Origin: Acidimicrobiales bacterium
Lineage (GTDB): Bacteria; Actinomycetota; Acidimicrobiia; Acidimicrobiales; VFJN01
DNA length: 64,000 nt
Direction: 5' to 3'
Assembly (NCBI GenBank): GCA_035641315.1
Contig: DASQUK010000057.1
Coordinates: forward strand, 1,268 to 65,267
The position numbers were made by a program, and so were the translations under genes. Below, piece by piece: positions 51,093 through 60,312 of the stretch (the stretch's first letter is position 1; each line of letters begins with the position of its first letter). Under the pieces are notes generated by a model. It saw only the letters and a list, made by a program, of their open reading frames with translations, had not been told where the DNA came from and ran no database searches.

Positions 51093-52027
51093 CAGACGCG
51101 CCGCACCTCCCGGGTGCCGAACAGCCCATAGGGCCGGATGAGCAGGATCACGATCATCACCAGGTACGGCGAGACCCGCTCGAAGCTGTCGCCCACCCAG
51201 TCGAAGTACTCCGGCGCCAGCAGGGCGGTGAACTGCTGGACGAGGCCGATGATGATCCCGCCCACCACCGCCCCCAGCGGCGAGTCCAGCCCGCCGAGGA
51301 TGATGGCCGGAAATGCGACCAGGGCCAGCGCGCCGGTGGCGGGGCTGAGCTGGCCGGCGCCGGCGGCCAGCGTGGCGCCCGCCAGGGCCGCCACCACCCC
51401 GGCAATGGCCCAGGCCACCCGGTGGACGCGACGGGCGGGGATCCCCTGAGCCATGGCCACCTCGGGGTCGAACGCCGCCGCGCGCATGGCCAGGCCCAGA
51501 GTCGAGTACCGGAAGAACACGAAGAACGCTGCCATCGCCACGGCCGCGAACCCGATGGTCCACAGGTCACGGTCGGCGACGGTCACGCCCGCCAGCTCGC
51601 GGGTCTTGATGCCCCAGGGATCGCCGAGGTTGTGGTTGTCCGGGCCCCAGATCGCGGTGACCACGTTGTTCAGCACGAACAGCAGCCCGATGGTCACCAT
51701 GATCAGCGCCGCCGGCGGCTCGCCGACCAGCCATCGCAAGACCAGCGCCTCTGTGATCACCCCGATCAGCGCCCCCACCCCCATGGCGATCACCAACGAG
51801 AGGTAGAAGTTCTGGTCCCAGGTCTGGGAGAAGTTGAAGGTTAGGTAGGCGCCGAGCAGGACGAGGCTGGCTTGGGCGAAGTTGATGACACCGGTGGCCT
51901 TGAAGACCACGGAGAACCCCAGGGCGATCAGCGCGTACTTGCACCCCACCGCCAGTCCCGAGAACGCGGTCTGCAGCAGGTCGTCACGCGTGATGACCGC
52001 CAGGATCGGCGCCCCGAGCCCGCTCAT
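51092..52027 (-). CDS. Branched-chain amino acid-type ABC permease (LivH-like)
   Basis: …GCKYALIALGFSVVFKATGVINFAQ…. Confidence 0.85.
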   Translation of the reverse strand: MSGLGAPILAVITRDDLLQTAFSGLAVGCKYALIALGFSVVFKATGVINFAQASLVLLGAYLTFNFSQTWDQNFYLSLVIAMGVGALIGVITEALVLRWLVGEPPAALIMVTIGLLFVLNNVVTAIWGPDNHNLGDPWGIKTRELAGVTVADRDLWTIGFAAVAMAAFFVFFRYSTLGLAMRAAAFDPEVAMAQGIPARRVHRVAWAIAGVVAALAGATLAAGAGQLSPATGALALVAFPAIILGGLDSPLGAVVGGIIIGLVQQFTALLAPEYFDWVGDSFERVSPYLVMIVILLIRPYGLFGTREVRRV

Positions 52028-52040
52028 CGGCGTGCGTCCG

Positions 52041-52190
52041 ACGGGCCGATGAGCGGTCGCTCAGCGGCGAGCGACGCACCGTGCTTCTGACTCGCTCCCT
52101 TGCGCTCGCTCATTGCTCCCCGCTCTTGCTGCTTCGCAGCGGGCCGCTCGGGCCTCGCTCGCTCTCTCGCCCTCCGGGACGCTCGCTCAT
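52041..52190 (+). repeat. Composite REP-like element (full unit plus flanking hairpins) inside the liv/acyl-CoA ligase operon
   Basis: The core at 52117..52186 is CCCCGCTCTTGCTGCTTCGCAGCGGGCCGCTCGGGCCTCGCTCGCTCTCTCGCCCTCCGGGACGCTCGCTCA. It is preceded by the hairpins GTCGCTC-AGCGGC-GAGCGAC and GCAC-C-GTGC. The element abuts the ligase stop codon. Confidence 0.85.
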
Positions 52191-54034
52191 GGGTACAGCT
52201 CCTCGATCATGGGACCGAACGCCTTCTCGATGGCTAGCCGCTTGACCTTCTGGGTGGCGGTGACCTCGCCGTCCTCGTGGTCCAGCTCCTTGGGCAGCAG
52301 GGCGAACCGCTTGACCTGTTCGACCGAGGCCATGGCGGTGTTGACCTGTTCGACCACCCCTCCGATCAGCTCCACCACCTCGGGCTTGGACGACAGGTCG
52401 GCGTAGGTGGTGAAGGGGATGCGGCGCTGCTGGGCCCAACTGCCCACGGTGTCGAGCTCGATGCCGATCAGGGCTACCAGGTACCGGCGCTGGTCGCCGA
52501 TGACGACGGCCTCGCGCACGTACGGCGAGACCTTGAGCGCGTTCTCGATCTCGGAGGGGCTGATGTTCTTACCCCCCGCGGTGATGATGATGTCCTTCTT
52601 GCGGTCGGTGATGGTGAGGTAGCCGTCGTCGTCCAGGTAGCCGATGTCGCCGGTGTGCAGCCAGCCGTCGGCATCGACGGCCTCGGCGGTTGCCTCGGGG
52701 TTGCGGAAGTACCCCACGAAGGTTCCCGGTCCCCGGGTCAGGATCTCGCCGTCCTCGGCGATGCGGACCTCGCAGTCGGGCACCGCCCTCCCCACCTTGC
52801 CCAGCCGGACCCCGTCGACGGGGGTGACCGTGGCCTGGGCCGAGTTCTCGGTCATGCCGTAGCCCTCGAGCACCGGGACGCCCAAGGCCCAGAAGTACTC
52901 GAGCACCTGGGGCGCGATGGGAGCGGCACCGGACAGCGCATAGCGCATCCGGCTCATGCCGATCTTCTGGCGCAGCGACCGATACAACAGCAGCCAGCCG
53001 AGGGCGTACTCGACGGTCCCCAGCGGGCCCAGCTTCCCCCGCCAACGCTTGCGGGCCAGCCGGGCGCCCCGGGACATCCAGAATCGATAGTTGGCCCGCT
53101 TCAGGAAGCCGGCGTCCTGCATGCGGATCGTGATCGTTGCCAGCAGCTTCTCCCAGACCCGGGGCACCCCGAGGAAGAACGTGGGCTGCACGGCGCGCAG
53201 GTCGGCGGCGAGGTCGTCCACACCGTCGCCGAAGTTCACGACGTAGCCGTGGGCGATGGCGTCGATGACCGATATCAACCGCTCGGCGATGTGGCACAGC
53301 GGCAGGTACGACAGGACCTCGTCCTCTGGCGACACCGAGAACACCCGGCCACCGTTGCGGGCGGCCGCCAGGAGGTTGTCGTGCGACAGCATCGCACCCT
53401 TGGGTGGGCCGGTGGTGCCCGAGGTGTAGACGATCAGCGCCGGCTCGGCCGGGTCGACCTCCGCCACCAGCCGCGCGTAATCGGCCAGCTCGCCCTGCGC
53501 TGCGCCCAGCGCCTCGAGCTCGGCGAAGGTCATGAGGTCGGGGTCGGACATGTCGAGGCCACGGGGGTCGATCACCACGATCTTCTCCAGCGCGTCGAGC
53601 TCGGCCCGGACCTCGAGCGCCTTGTCGACCTGCTCCTCGTCCTCGGCGATGAGCACCTTGGAGCCCGAGTGCCCGAGCAGGTACTCGAGCTCGGCCGCTG
53701 GCGAGGTCGGGTAGACGCCCACGGTGATCGCGCCGATGCCCTGCGCTCCCATGTCGGCCAGCGCCCACGCCGGGCGGTTGAGGCTGTGCACCGCCACGCG
53801 GTCGCCGGGCTCCACGCCGAGGCCCCGAAGGCCGAGGCCGACGGCGGCCGCCCGCGCCGCGTAGTCGGCCCAGGTGTACTGCTTCCAGATCCCCAGGTCC
53901 TTCTTGCGCATGGCGACCCGATGCGGCGTGGACTGGGCTCGCTGCAGGAGCAGTGCCGGCAGCGTGGAGCCGCCGAGGTCGGCGGGGTGGCGGCCGGCCT
54001 CGAGGGTCGGTGTTCCCGTGGCGGTGGACATCAC
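52187..54034 (-). CDS. Long-chain acyl-CoA synthetase (AMP-forming)
   Basis: …IVYTSGTTGPPKGAMLSHDNL…, …EGYGMTE… and …TGDIGYLDDDGYLTITDRKKD…. It is embedded in the liv-type operon, a recurrent arrangement. Confidence 0.9.
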   Translation of the reverse strand: MMSTATGTPTLEAGRHPADLGGSTLPALLLQRAQSTPHRVAMRKKDLGIWKQYTWADYAARAAAVGLGLRGLGVEPGDRVAVHSLNRPAWALADMGAQGIGAITVGVYPTSPAAELEYLLGHSGSKVLIAEDEEQVDKALEVRAELDALEKIVVIDPRGLDMSDPDLMTFAELEALGAAQGELADYARLVAEVDPAEPALIVYTSGTTGPPKGAMLSHDNLLAAARNGGRVFSVSPEDEVLSYLPLCHIAERLISVIDAIAHGYVVNFGDGVDDLAADLRAVQPTFFLGVPRVWEKLLATITIRMQDAGFLKRANYRFWMSRGARLARKRWRGKLGPLGTVEYALGWLLLYRSLRQKIGMSRMRYALSGAAPIAPQVLEYFWALGVPVLEGYGMTENSAQATVTPVDGVRLGKVGRAVPDCEVRIAEDGEILTRGPGTFVGYFRNPEATAEAVDADGWLHTGDIGYLDDDGYLTITDRKKDIIITAGGKNISPSEIENALKVSPYVREAVVIGDQRRYLVALIGIELDTVGSWAQQRRIPFTTYADLSSKPEVVELIGGVVEQVNTAMASVEQVKRFALLPKELDHEDGEVTATQKVKRLAIEKAFGPMIEELYP

Positions 54035-54894
54035 GAACCTCCCAGGTATGCCTCGATGACGCGCGGATCGGCCCGCACCTCGTCGGGGGTGCCGGTAGCG
54101 ATGGTGACCCCGAAGTCCAGGGCCATGACCCGATCGGCGATGTCCATCACCAGCTGCATGTCGTGCTCGACCAGGATCATGGGCAGGCGCAGCTCCTGGC
54201 GGGCCTCGAGGATGTAGCGCGCCATGTCCTCAGTCTCCTCGAGGTTCATGCCCGCCACCGGCTCGTCGAGCAGCAACAGCTTGGGTTCCATCGCCAGCGC
54301 CCGGCCCAGCTCGATGCGCTTCTGGATGCCGAAGGGCAACAGCCCCACGGGTTGGCGGCGGTACGGGGTCAGCTCCAACAGGTCCACGATCTGCTCGACC
54401 GTGGCCCGGTGCCCGATCTCCTCGCGCCGCGCCCTCCCATACCACAGGGCCCCAGCGATGAAGCCGCTGCCCATCAGGTGGTGCCGGCCGAGCAGGAGGT
54501 TGTCGACGAGTGTCAGCTGAGTGAACAGGCCCAGGTTCTGGAACGTCCGGCCAATCCCCAGCTGGGCCACCTGGACGGGACGCTCGCCGACCAGCTCGTG
54601 CCCGTCGAGCCGGATCGAGCCCGCCACCGGCCGATAGACCGCGGAGAGGCAGTTGAAGATCGATGTCTTACCCGCGCCGTTGGGGCCGATGATGGCGAAC
54701 AGCTCGTCGCGCCCGACCTCGAAGCTCACGTCCGACAGGGCGGCGACCCCCCCGAAGTGCAACGTCAGCCCCGACACCGCCAGCAGGGGCGTGGCGGTTA
54801 GCTCCGATGGGGCTTCCTCCGCCTCGGCATACGTGGCCGCGCCCTTGGCCGCGGCTTCGGCCTCGGCGTCCACCACAGTCGCGTCGCGGCGCAC
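54031..54894 (-). CDS. ABC transporter ATP-binding protein (LivG-like)
   Basis: GPNGAGKTS, …FQNLGLF…, LLLDEPVAGMN and the C-terminal …VIEAYLG. Confidence 0.9.
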   Translation of the reverse strand: MRRDATVVDAEAEAAAKGAATYAEAEEAPSELTATPLLAVSGLTLHFGGVAALSDVSFEVGRDELFAIIGPNGAGKTSIFNCLSAVYRPVAGSIRLDGHELVGERPVQVAQLGIGRTFQNLGLFTQLTLVDNLLLGRHHLMGSGFIAGALWYGRARREEIGHRATVEQIVDLLELTPYRRQPVGLLPFGIQKRIELGRALAMEPKLLLLDEPVAGMNLEETEDMARYILEARQELRLPMILVEHDMQLVMDIADRVMALDFGVTIATGTPDEVRADPRVIEAYLGGS

Positions 54895-55760
54895 TACATC
54901 CCCCAGCTCTTGCGTCGGCGGTACGTCTTGACGTTGCGGAACGAGCGACGCTCCGCGGAAGGGTTCATGCCCAGGTAGAACTCCCGGATGTTCGAGTCGG
55001 CCAGCAGCTCGTCACCGGACCCCGACCGGACCACCCGGCCCTGCTCCAGCACCAGCCCGTGGTCGGCGATGGCGAGCGCCATGGTGGCGTTCTGCTCCAC
55101 CAGCAACACGCTGGTGCCCTGGGTGTTGATGTCGACGACGAGGTGGCGGATCTGCTCGACGACCAGCGGAGCAAGGCCAAGCGACGGCTCGTCGAGCAAC
55201 AAGAGGCGGGGCGACGACATGAGCGCCCGGCCCATGGCCAGCATCTGCTGCTCGCCCCCGGACAGGTAGCCCGCGATCTGACGGCTGCGCTGCTTCAACA
55301 CAGGGAACAGCTCCATCACTCGGTCGCGGCTCTCCGCCAAGCCCGCCCGGTTGGTGTAGGCGCCGGTGCGCAGGTTCTCGTCGACGGTCAGCTCGGCGAA
55401 GGTCCGGCGGCCTTCCATCACTTGGGCCAAGCCCGCTCGGACCCGTCGGGCGGGGTCGTCGTGCGTGATGTCGCGCCCGGCGAGCGTGATGCGCCCCTTG
55501 GTGACCTTGCCCCGGTGCACAGGGAGGAGGCCGGTGATCGCCCGGAGGAGCGTTGTCTTGCCGGCGCCGTTCGCCCCCAGCACGGCGACGATCTTCCCCG
55601 GGGGCACGGCCACGCTGACCCCGCGGAGCACGAGCACGACGTCGTTGTAGACGACCTCGAGGTTGGCCACCTCGAAGTCGTCCGCGGAGGCCTCCGCTCG
55701 GTCCCCGGCGCGCGGCGATGTCGCCCCCGCCACCCGCTGCTCGGCCATAGGTTGCCCCAT
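54894..55760 (-). CDS. ABC transporter ATP-binding protein (LivF-like)
   Basis: GANGAGKTT, LSGGEQQMLAMGRAL, LLLDEPSLGLAP and …IREFYLG. Confidence 0.9.
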   Translation of the reverse strand: MGQPMAEQRVAGATSPRAGDRAEASADDFEVANLEVVYNDVVLVLRGVSVAVPPGKIVAVLGANGAGKTTLLRAITGLLPVHRGKVTKGRITLAGRDITHDDPARRVRAGLAQVMEGRRTFAELTVDENLRTGAYTNRAGLAESRDRVMELFPVLKQRSRQIAGYLSGGEQQMLAMGRALMSSPRLLLLDEPSLGLAPLVVEQIRHLVVDINTQGTSVLLVEQNATMALAIADHGLVLEQGRVVRSGSGDELLADSNIREFYLGMNPSAERRSFRNVKTYRRRKSWGM

Positions 55761-55870
55761 GTGCTGGTCCCCCCGGATCTGGTGATCGCTACGTTAGTGA
55801 CGTTCGTCGCATTGGGGGAGATGCAGTTCAGCATGTCGTCCGGACCGCGGGGCGAGCTCGACGAGCTGGG

Positions 55871-57193
55871 TCACGACGACGGGACGCCGGCAATGGATAC
55901 CGGCTTGGTCTCCACATCGAACGACCCGAGCGAGGCCAGCACGACGGCGGTGTCGTCGACCGACAGGTCAGTGTTGAAGCTGACCATCGTCACTCCGTCG
56001 GACACCGTGCCCCTCGTCGACGCCCAGCTCTCCTCGGCTCGGCCCGAGAACGACCCGGCGCGGAACGGCTCGCCCCAAGCGATGCCGCGGCGGCCCATCT
56101 GGGCATGGCACCTGTCCGAGGTGACTCCCAGCGACAGCCACCCATCCGATACCGCCCCCAGGTCGCGGTAGTCGAGGCTGAGCCAGGGGCAGTGCTGGGG
56201 TAGCCCCATGGTCCCGTCACGGGTTGCCCGCGCGTCCGTCAGCGCCCAGCCGGCTGGCACCCGGCCCAGCTCGAGGGCCTCCACACCGGCGGCATCGAGG
56301 ACATCGACTGGCACGGTGCCGCGTGCCGGGTCGCCGATCTCGGCCGGCGTGATGAGCTCGGGCTCTCCCAGCCGCTCGACGGCAAGCTCGACCACGAGTT
56401 GGGGATCATCGACCGGCGCGGAGCTCACGACGATGTGGTCGAGGTCGCCCGCCTCGTCGAGCACCAGTGACACCTCCGCTCCCGCCAAGAGATCGCCGTA
56501 GCGTAGGTGAGGGGTGTTCATCGGGACCGCGCCGTGGAGCGAACGGCGTCCGGTCGGGTCGGGCGGTTCGCTGCGCCGGTTGCCGGCTGACCGCACGACG
56601 TCGGCCACCAACGCGATGCCCAGTCGATTCGGCCGGGCCGCGTCGAAGGCGCCCGGTGAACGCAGTCGCGCCATGCCGGGCGACACGACCACCTCCCACG
56701 GCGCCTGGGCCAGCCCGCCGGTGCTCGACGCAGTGCGGCTCCACGCGGTTCGTCCAGACGTGACGGTCTCGACCGCCCGGCCTCTCGCATCGACCGCAAC
56801 TTCCCGTGTGATGGAATGGGGCAGCAGCACCGCGCCCTCGACGGTCACATCCCGTGCGAGCCACGTCCCTGGCCGCATCGGGCTGGGCCCGGTGGCGTGC
56901 ACCGAGCCGCGGTAGGCAAACGACCCGGCTTGTCCAAACCGCCGCACCGCTTCGGTGTAGGCGACATGAGCGGTGTCGGCTTGCGGACGCTCGTCGGAAC
57001 CGTCGCCTCGACCGGCTCGCCCGCCACCATCTCGCATCAACACCAGCAGGCCCGATGCCACCAACCCGGCGAGCACGATGAAGGCAACCACCCGAGTCCA
57101 CCGACTCGGCTCGCGGACGACCCGTCTCGAAGACGCGCCGCGACCGTAGCCGCGTCCGATGGATCTCGTTCTGCCCGCGCCCGCTCGCGCCAA
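55871..57193 (-). CDS. Membrane-anchored hypothetical protein (single N-terminal TM, large extracytoplasmic domain)
   Basis: Lower part of track ORF 55871..57793; the upper part is antisense to hemB and was rejected. The TM is …VVAFIVLAGLVASGLLVL…. I recognised no family. The start is uncertain (TTG 57193 suggested). Confidence 0.5.
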   Translation of the reverse strand: MARAGAGRTRSIGRGYGRGASSRRVVREPSRWTRVVAFIVLAGLVASGLLVLMRDGGGRAGRGDGSDERPQADTAHVAYTEAVRRFGQAGSFAYRGSVHATGPSPMRPGTWLARDVTVEGAVLLPHSITREVAVDARGRAVETVTSGRTAWSRTASSTGGLAQAPWEVVVSPGMARLRSPGAFDAARPNRLGIALVADVVRSAGNRRSEPPDPTGRRSLHGAVPMNTPHLRYGDLLAGAEVSLVLDEAGDLDHIVVSSAPVDDPQLVVELAVERLGEPELITPAEIGDPARGTVPVDVLDAAGVEALELGRVPAGWALTDARATRDGTMGLPQHCPWLSLDYRDLGAVSDGWLSLGVTSDRCHAQMGRRGIAWGEPFRAGSFSGRAEESWASTRGTVSDGVTMVSFNTDLSVDDTAVVLASLGSFDVETKPVSIAGVPSS

Positions 57194-57274
57194 CGCGATT
57201 GGGCGCGGGCAGATGTTGGTGCGCAGGGGTGGCGGAACCCGTTGCCTCGGGTCGTACCATGCCCGGAGTGAGCG

Positions 57275-57340
57275 AGCGTCAGCGAGCGAACCATCGGTAC
57301 AGTGCGTTACTCGCCGCGAAGCGGCGAAAGCTCGTTGCCG
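57275..57340 (-). repeat. Degenerate REP-like unit upstream of hemB
   Basis: GGAGTGAGCGAGCGTCAGCGAGCGAA…CTCGCCGCGAAGCGGCGAAAGC carries the TGAGCGAGCG submotif and the small hairpin GCCGC-GAA-GCGGC. Confidence 0.6.
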
Positions 57341-57356
57341 TGCCGGAGGCATGGCA

Positions 57357-58337
57357 ATGAGCTTTCCCCAGCGCCGGCTGCGGCGGCTGCGCCGCACACC
57401 CGCCCTGCGCCGCCTCGTGGCCGAGACCCACCTGTCCGTCGACGACCTGATCGCGCCCCTGTTCGTGCGCGAGGGCATCGACGAGCCGGTGGCGATCACG
57501 TCGTTGCCGGGTGTGGTCCAGCACACCCGCGAGTCGCTGCGCAAGGACGTGCACGAGCTGGTGCAGCTGGGCGTGCCGGGGGTGATCCTCTTCGGCGTGC
57601 CGGCCGCCAAGGACGCCACCGGCTCTGGCGCCTGGGACCCCGACGGCATCGTCCAGGTGGCGCTGCGCGACCTGCGGTCCGACCTGGGCGACGAGCTCGT
57701 GATCATGGCCGACCTGTGCCTCGACGAGTACACCGACCACGGGCACTGCGGCGTCGTCGACGATGACGGCCAGGTCGCCAACGACGCCACCATCGACCTC
57801 TACGCTCGGGTGGCGGTCGCGCAGGCCGAGGCCGGCGCCGATGTGGTGGCGCCCAGCGGGATGATGGACGGCCAGGTGGCCGCGATCCGCGGGGCCCTCG
57901 ACGAGGCCGGGTTCGAGCAGGTGGCGATCCTGGCCTACGCCGCCAAGTACGCCTCCGCGCTGTACGGCCCGTTCCGCGAGGCGGTGGACGTCACCATCGT
58001 GGGTGGCGGCGACCGCAAGGCCTACCAGCAGGACCCGCGCAACGGCCGCGAGGCGCTCGAGGAGATCCGCGCCGACCTGGCCGAGGGGGCGGACATGGTG
58101 ATGGTCAAGCCCGCCGTCGCCTACCTCGACGTGCTGGCCGCCGCGCGGGCCGAGGTCGACGTGCCGCTGGCGGCGTACCACGTGTCCGGCGAGTACGCGA
58201 TGGTCAAGGCCGCCGCCGAGCGGGGCTGGATCGACGGCCCCGCCGTCATGCTCGAGCACCTCACGGCCATCCGCCGCGCCGGTGCCGACATGATCCTCAC
58301 CTACGCGGCGCGAGAGGTCGCCGAGTCGCTGAGGTGA
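57357..58337 (+). CDS. hemB: Porphobilinogen synthase (delta-aminolevulinate dehydratase)
   Basis: …RRLRRTPALRRLV…, the metal-site region …DLCLDEYTDHGHCG… and the active-site …MVKPA…. The ATG at 57357 lies 7 nt after GGAGG; an alternative ATG is at 57351. Confidence 0.93.
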   Translation: MSFPQRRLRRLRRTPALRRLVAETHLSVDDLIAPLFVREGIDEPVAITSLPGVVQHTRESLRKDVHELVQLGVPGVILFGVPAAKDATGSGAWDPDGIVQVALRDLRSDLGDELVIMADLCLDEYTDHGHCGVVDDDGQVANDATIDLYARVAVAQAEAGADVVAPSGMMDGQVAAIRGALDEAGFEQVAILAYAAKYASALYGPFREAVDVTIVGGGDRKAYQQDPRNGREALEEIRADLAEGADMVMVKPAVAYLDVLAAARAEVDVPLAAYHVSGEYAMVKAAAERGWIDGPAVMLEHLTAIRRAGADMILTYAAREVAESLR

Positions 58338-58444
58338 GGCTGCCAGGACAGGGCCGCAACCATCCGCCTGCGAGGTCGAGTGAATAGCTGCCGCCAGACG
58401 TGGGCTATTTCCTCGGCCTCGGTGCGTTCGGGCCCCGGATCTAC

Positions 58445-59698
58445 GTGACCGGCAACCACGAGCTCTTCGCCCGGGCCGAGCGGGTGATCCCCGGCGGCGT
58501 CAACAGCCCGGTGCGGGCCTTCCGGGCGGTGGGGGGCACGCCCTACTTCGTGGACCGGGCCGAGGGTGCCTACGTGTGGGATGTCGAGGGCCGGCGCTAC
58601 GTCGACCTGGTGCAGTCCTACGGGGCGATCATCGCCGGCCACGCCCATCCCGCCATCGTGGAGGCGGTGCAGCGGACGGCGGCCGGCGGGACGAGCTACG
58701 GCGCGCCCACCGAGCGCGAGGTGCGGCTGGCCGAGGAGATCTGCGCCCGCGTGCCGTCGTGCGAGATGGTGCGGCTGGTGTCCAGCGGCACGGAGGCCAC
58801 GATGTCGGCCATCCGGGTGGCACGCGGCTTCACCGGGCGACCGAAGGTCGTGAAGTTCGCCGGCAACTACCACGGCCACGGCGACCTGCTGCTGGCCGAG
58901 GCGGGCAGCGGGCTGGCGGCGCTCGGCCTGCCGGCCTCCGCCGGGGTGACGGAGGCGGCGGTCCACGACACCGTCGTCGTCCCCTACAACCGGGTGCCGA
59001 CGCTCGACGAGCAGACCGCCTGCGTCATCGTCGAGCCCATCGCCGCCAACATGGGGCTGGTCCCGCCCGAGCCGGGCTTCCTGGCGGGCCTCCGGGCCGA
59101 GTGCGACCGGGTGGGCGCCCTGCTCGTCTTCGACGAGGTGATCACCGGCTTCCGGGTGGCCCGCGGCGGCGCGCAGGAGCTGTTCGGGGTCGCCGCCGAC
59201 CTCACCACGATGGGCAAGGTCATCGGCGGCGGGCTCAACATCGGCGCCTACGGCGGACGGGCCGACGTGATGGGCGTGGTCGCGCCGCTGGGCCCCGTCT
59301 ACCAGGCGGGCACGCTGTCGGGGAATCCCCTGGCCACGGCTGCCGGGCTGGCGGTGCTCGACCTGCTCGACGACGCCGCCTACGAGACGCTGCGGCGGAC
59401 GGCCGAGTCCTTGGCTGCCGCCTTCGGGGCCGGGTTCGCGTCCGCCGGCGTGCCCGCCCACGTGCCGGTGGCGTCGACGCTCGTGGGGATCCACCTGGGG
59501 GACCGCCGCCCGATCGACTACGAGGGCGCCCGCGCCGCCGACGAGGCCGGCTACGCCAAGCTGTTCCACGGGCTGCTGGATGGGGGCGTCGCGCTGGCCC
59601 CGGGGGCGTACGAGATCATGTTCCCCGGGCTCGCCCACACCGACGAGGTGATCGGCGAGGTGGCGGCCGCCGTGGGGGACGCGCTGGCCGGCGGCTGA
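58445..59698 (+). CDS. hemL: Glutamate-1-semialdehyde 2,1-aminomutase
   Basis: …LFARAERVIPGGVNSPVRAF…, …SGTEATMSAIRVARG… and …FDEVITGFR…. The GTG at 58445 gives a canonical N-terminus; the track start at 58400 is possible. Confidence 0.92.
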   Translation: MTGNHELFARAERVIPGGVNSPVRAFRAVGGTPYFVDRAEGAYVWDVEGRRYVDLVQSYGAIIAGHAHPAIVEAVQRTAAGGTSYGAPTEREVRLAEEICARVPSCEMVRLVSSGTEATMSAIRVARGFTGRPKVVKFAGNYHGHGDLLLAEAGSGLAALGLPASAGVTEAAVHDTVVVPYNRVPTLDEQTACVIVEPIAANMGLVPPEPGFLAGLRAECDRVGALLVFDEVITGFRVARGGAQELFGVAADLTTMGKVIGGGLNIGAYGGRADVMGVVAPLGPVYQAGTLSGNPLATAAGLAVLDLLDDAAYETLRRTAESLAAAFGAGFASAGVPAHVPVASTLVGIHLGDRRPIDYEGARAADEAGYAKLFHGLLDGGVALAPGAYEIMFPGLAHTDEVIGEVAAAVGDALAGG

Positions 59699-60297
59699 TG
59701 GCCCGCACCTCCCAACGACGCCGACAATCCCCACAACCCCGACCTGATGCGCGTGTCGAGCGCACGGTGGCGCGGGTGCTCGCCGGCGCCCACCGGCTGC
59801 TCGAGACCGAGGGCCTCGGGAGCGTGACGTTCGGCCGGATCAGCCGTGAGACCGGCGTGTCGCGCACCACGCTCTACCGGCACTGGTCGAGCCCTTCCGA
59901 CCTCGTGTCCGACGCCTGGGCGAGGGTGGCGCCCCCGAACAGGGTCGCCCACACTGCCGACCTCCAGGCCGACCTCGTCGGGCTGTTCCTGTCGGTCCGC
60001 GACGTCGTGGAGTCCGCCACCATGCGGCGCTCCCTGCCCGCCCTGCTGGTGTCGGCACAGCGTGACCCCGTCATCTCGACGTTGCACACGCGGTTCGTCC
60101 ACGACCGCCGGCAGCCGATCGTCGAGCGCTTGCGGGCTGCCGCCGCCGAGGGCGCGATCGCCGCCGACGCCGATCCCGAGCTGCTGGTCGACCTGTTGTC
60201 GGGCCCGATCTTCTACCGCCAGCTGCTGCGCCGGACGCCCACGTCGGACGACGACGTCCGGGCGGTCGTCGCCGCGGTGCTGGCCAGCGTGAGCTGA
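59698..60297 (+). CDS. TetR-family transcriptional regulator
   Basis: …VTFGRISRETGVSRTTLYRHW… HTH motif. The ATG overlaps the hemL stop. Confidence 0.85.
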   Translation: MARTSQRRRQSPQPRPDARVERTVARVLAGAHRLLETEGLGSVTFGRISRETGVSRTTLYRHWSSPSDLVSDAWARVAPPNRVAHTADLQADLVGLFLSVRDVVESATMRRSLPALLVSAQRDPVISTLHTRFVHDRRQPIVERLRAAAAEGAIAADADPELLVDLLSGPIFYRQLLRRTPTSDDDVRAVVAAVLASVS

Positions 60298-60312
60298 CCC
60301 AACGGCTTCACG

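Noticed and set aside
13691-57340. Whether the recurring GC-rich repeats could be a CRISPR array
   Set aside because: The copies are kilobases apart, occur in both orientations, have no regular repeat-spacer periodicity and have no cas genes nearby. They behave as dispersed REP-like elements.
57194-57793. N-terminal 200 aa of track ORF 55871..57793
   Set aside because: This part is antisense to hemB and reads across the hemB promoter and REP region, so I kept only the portion downstream of a plausible start before the TM anchor.
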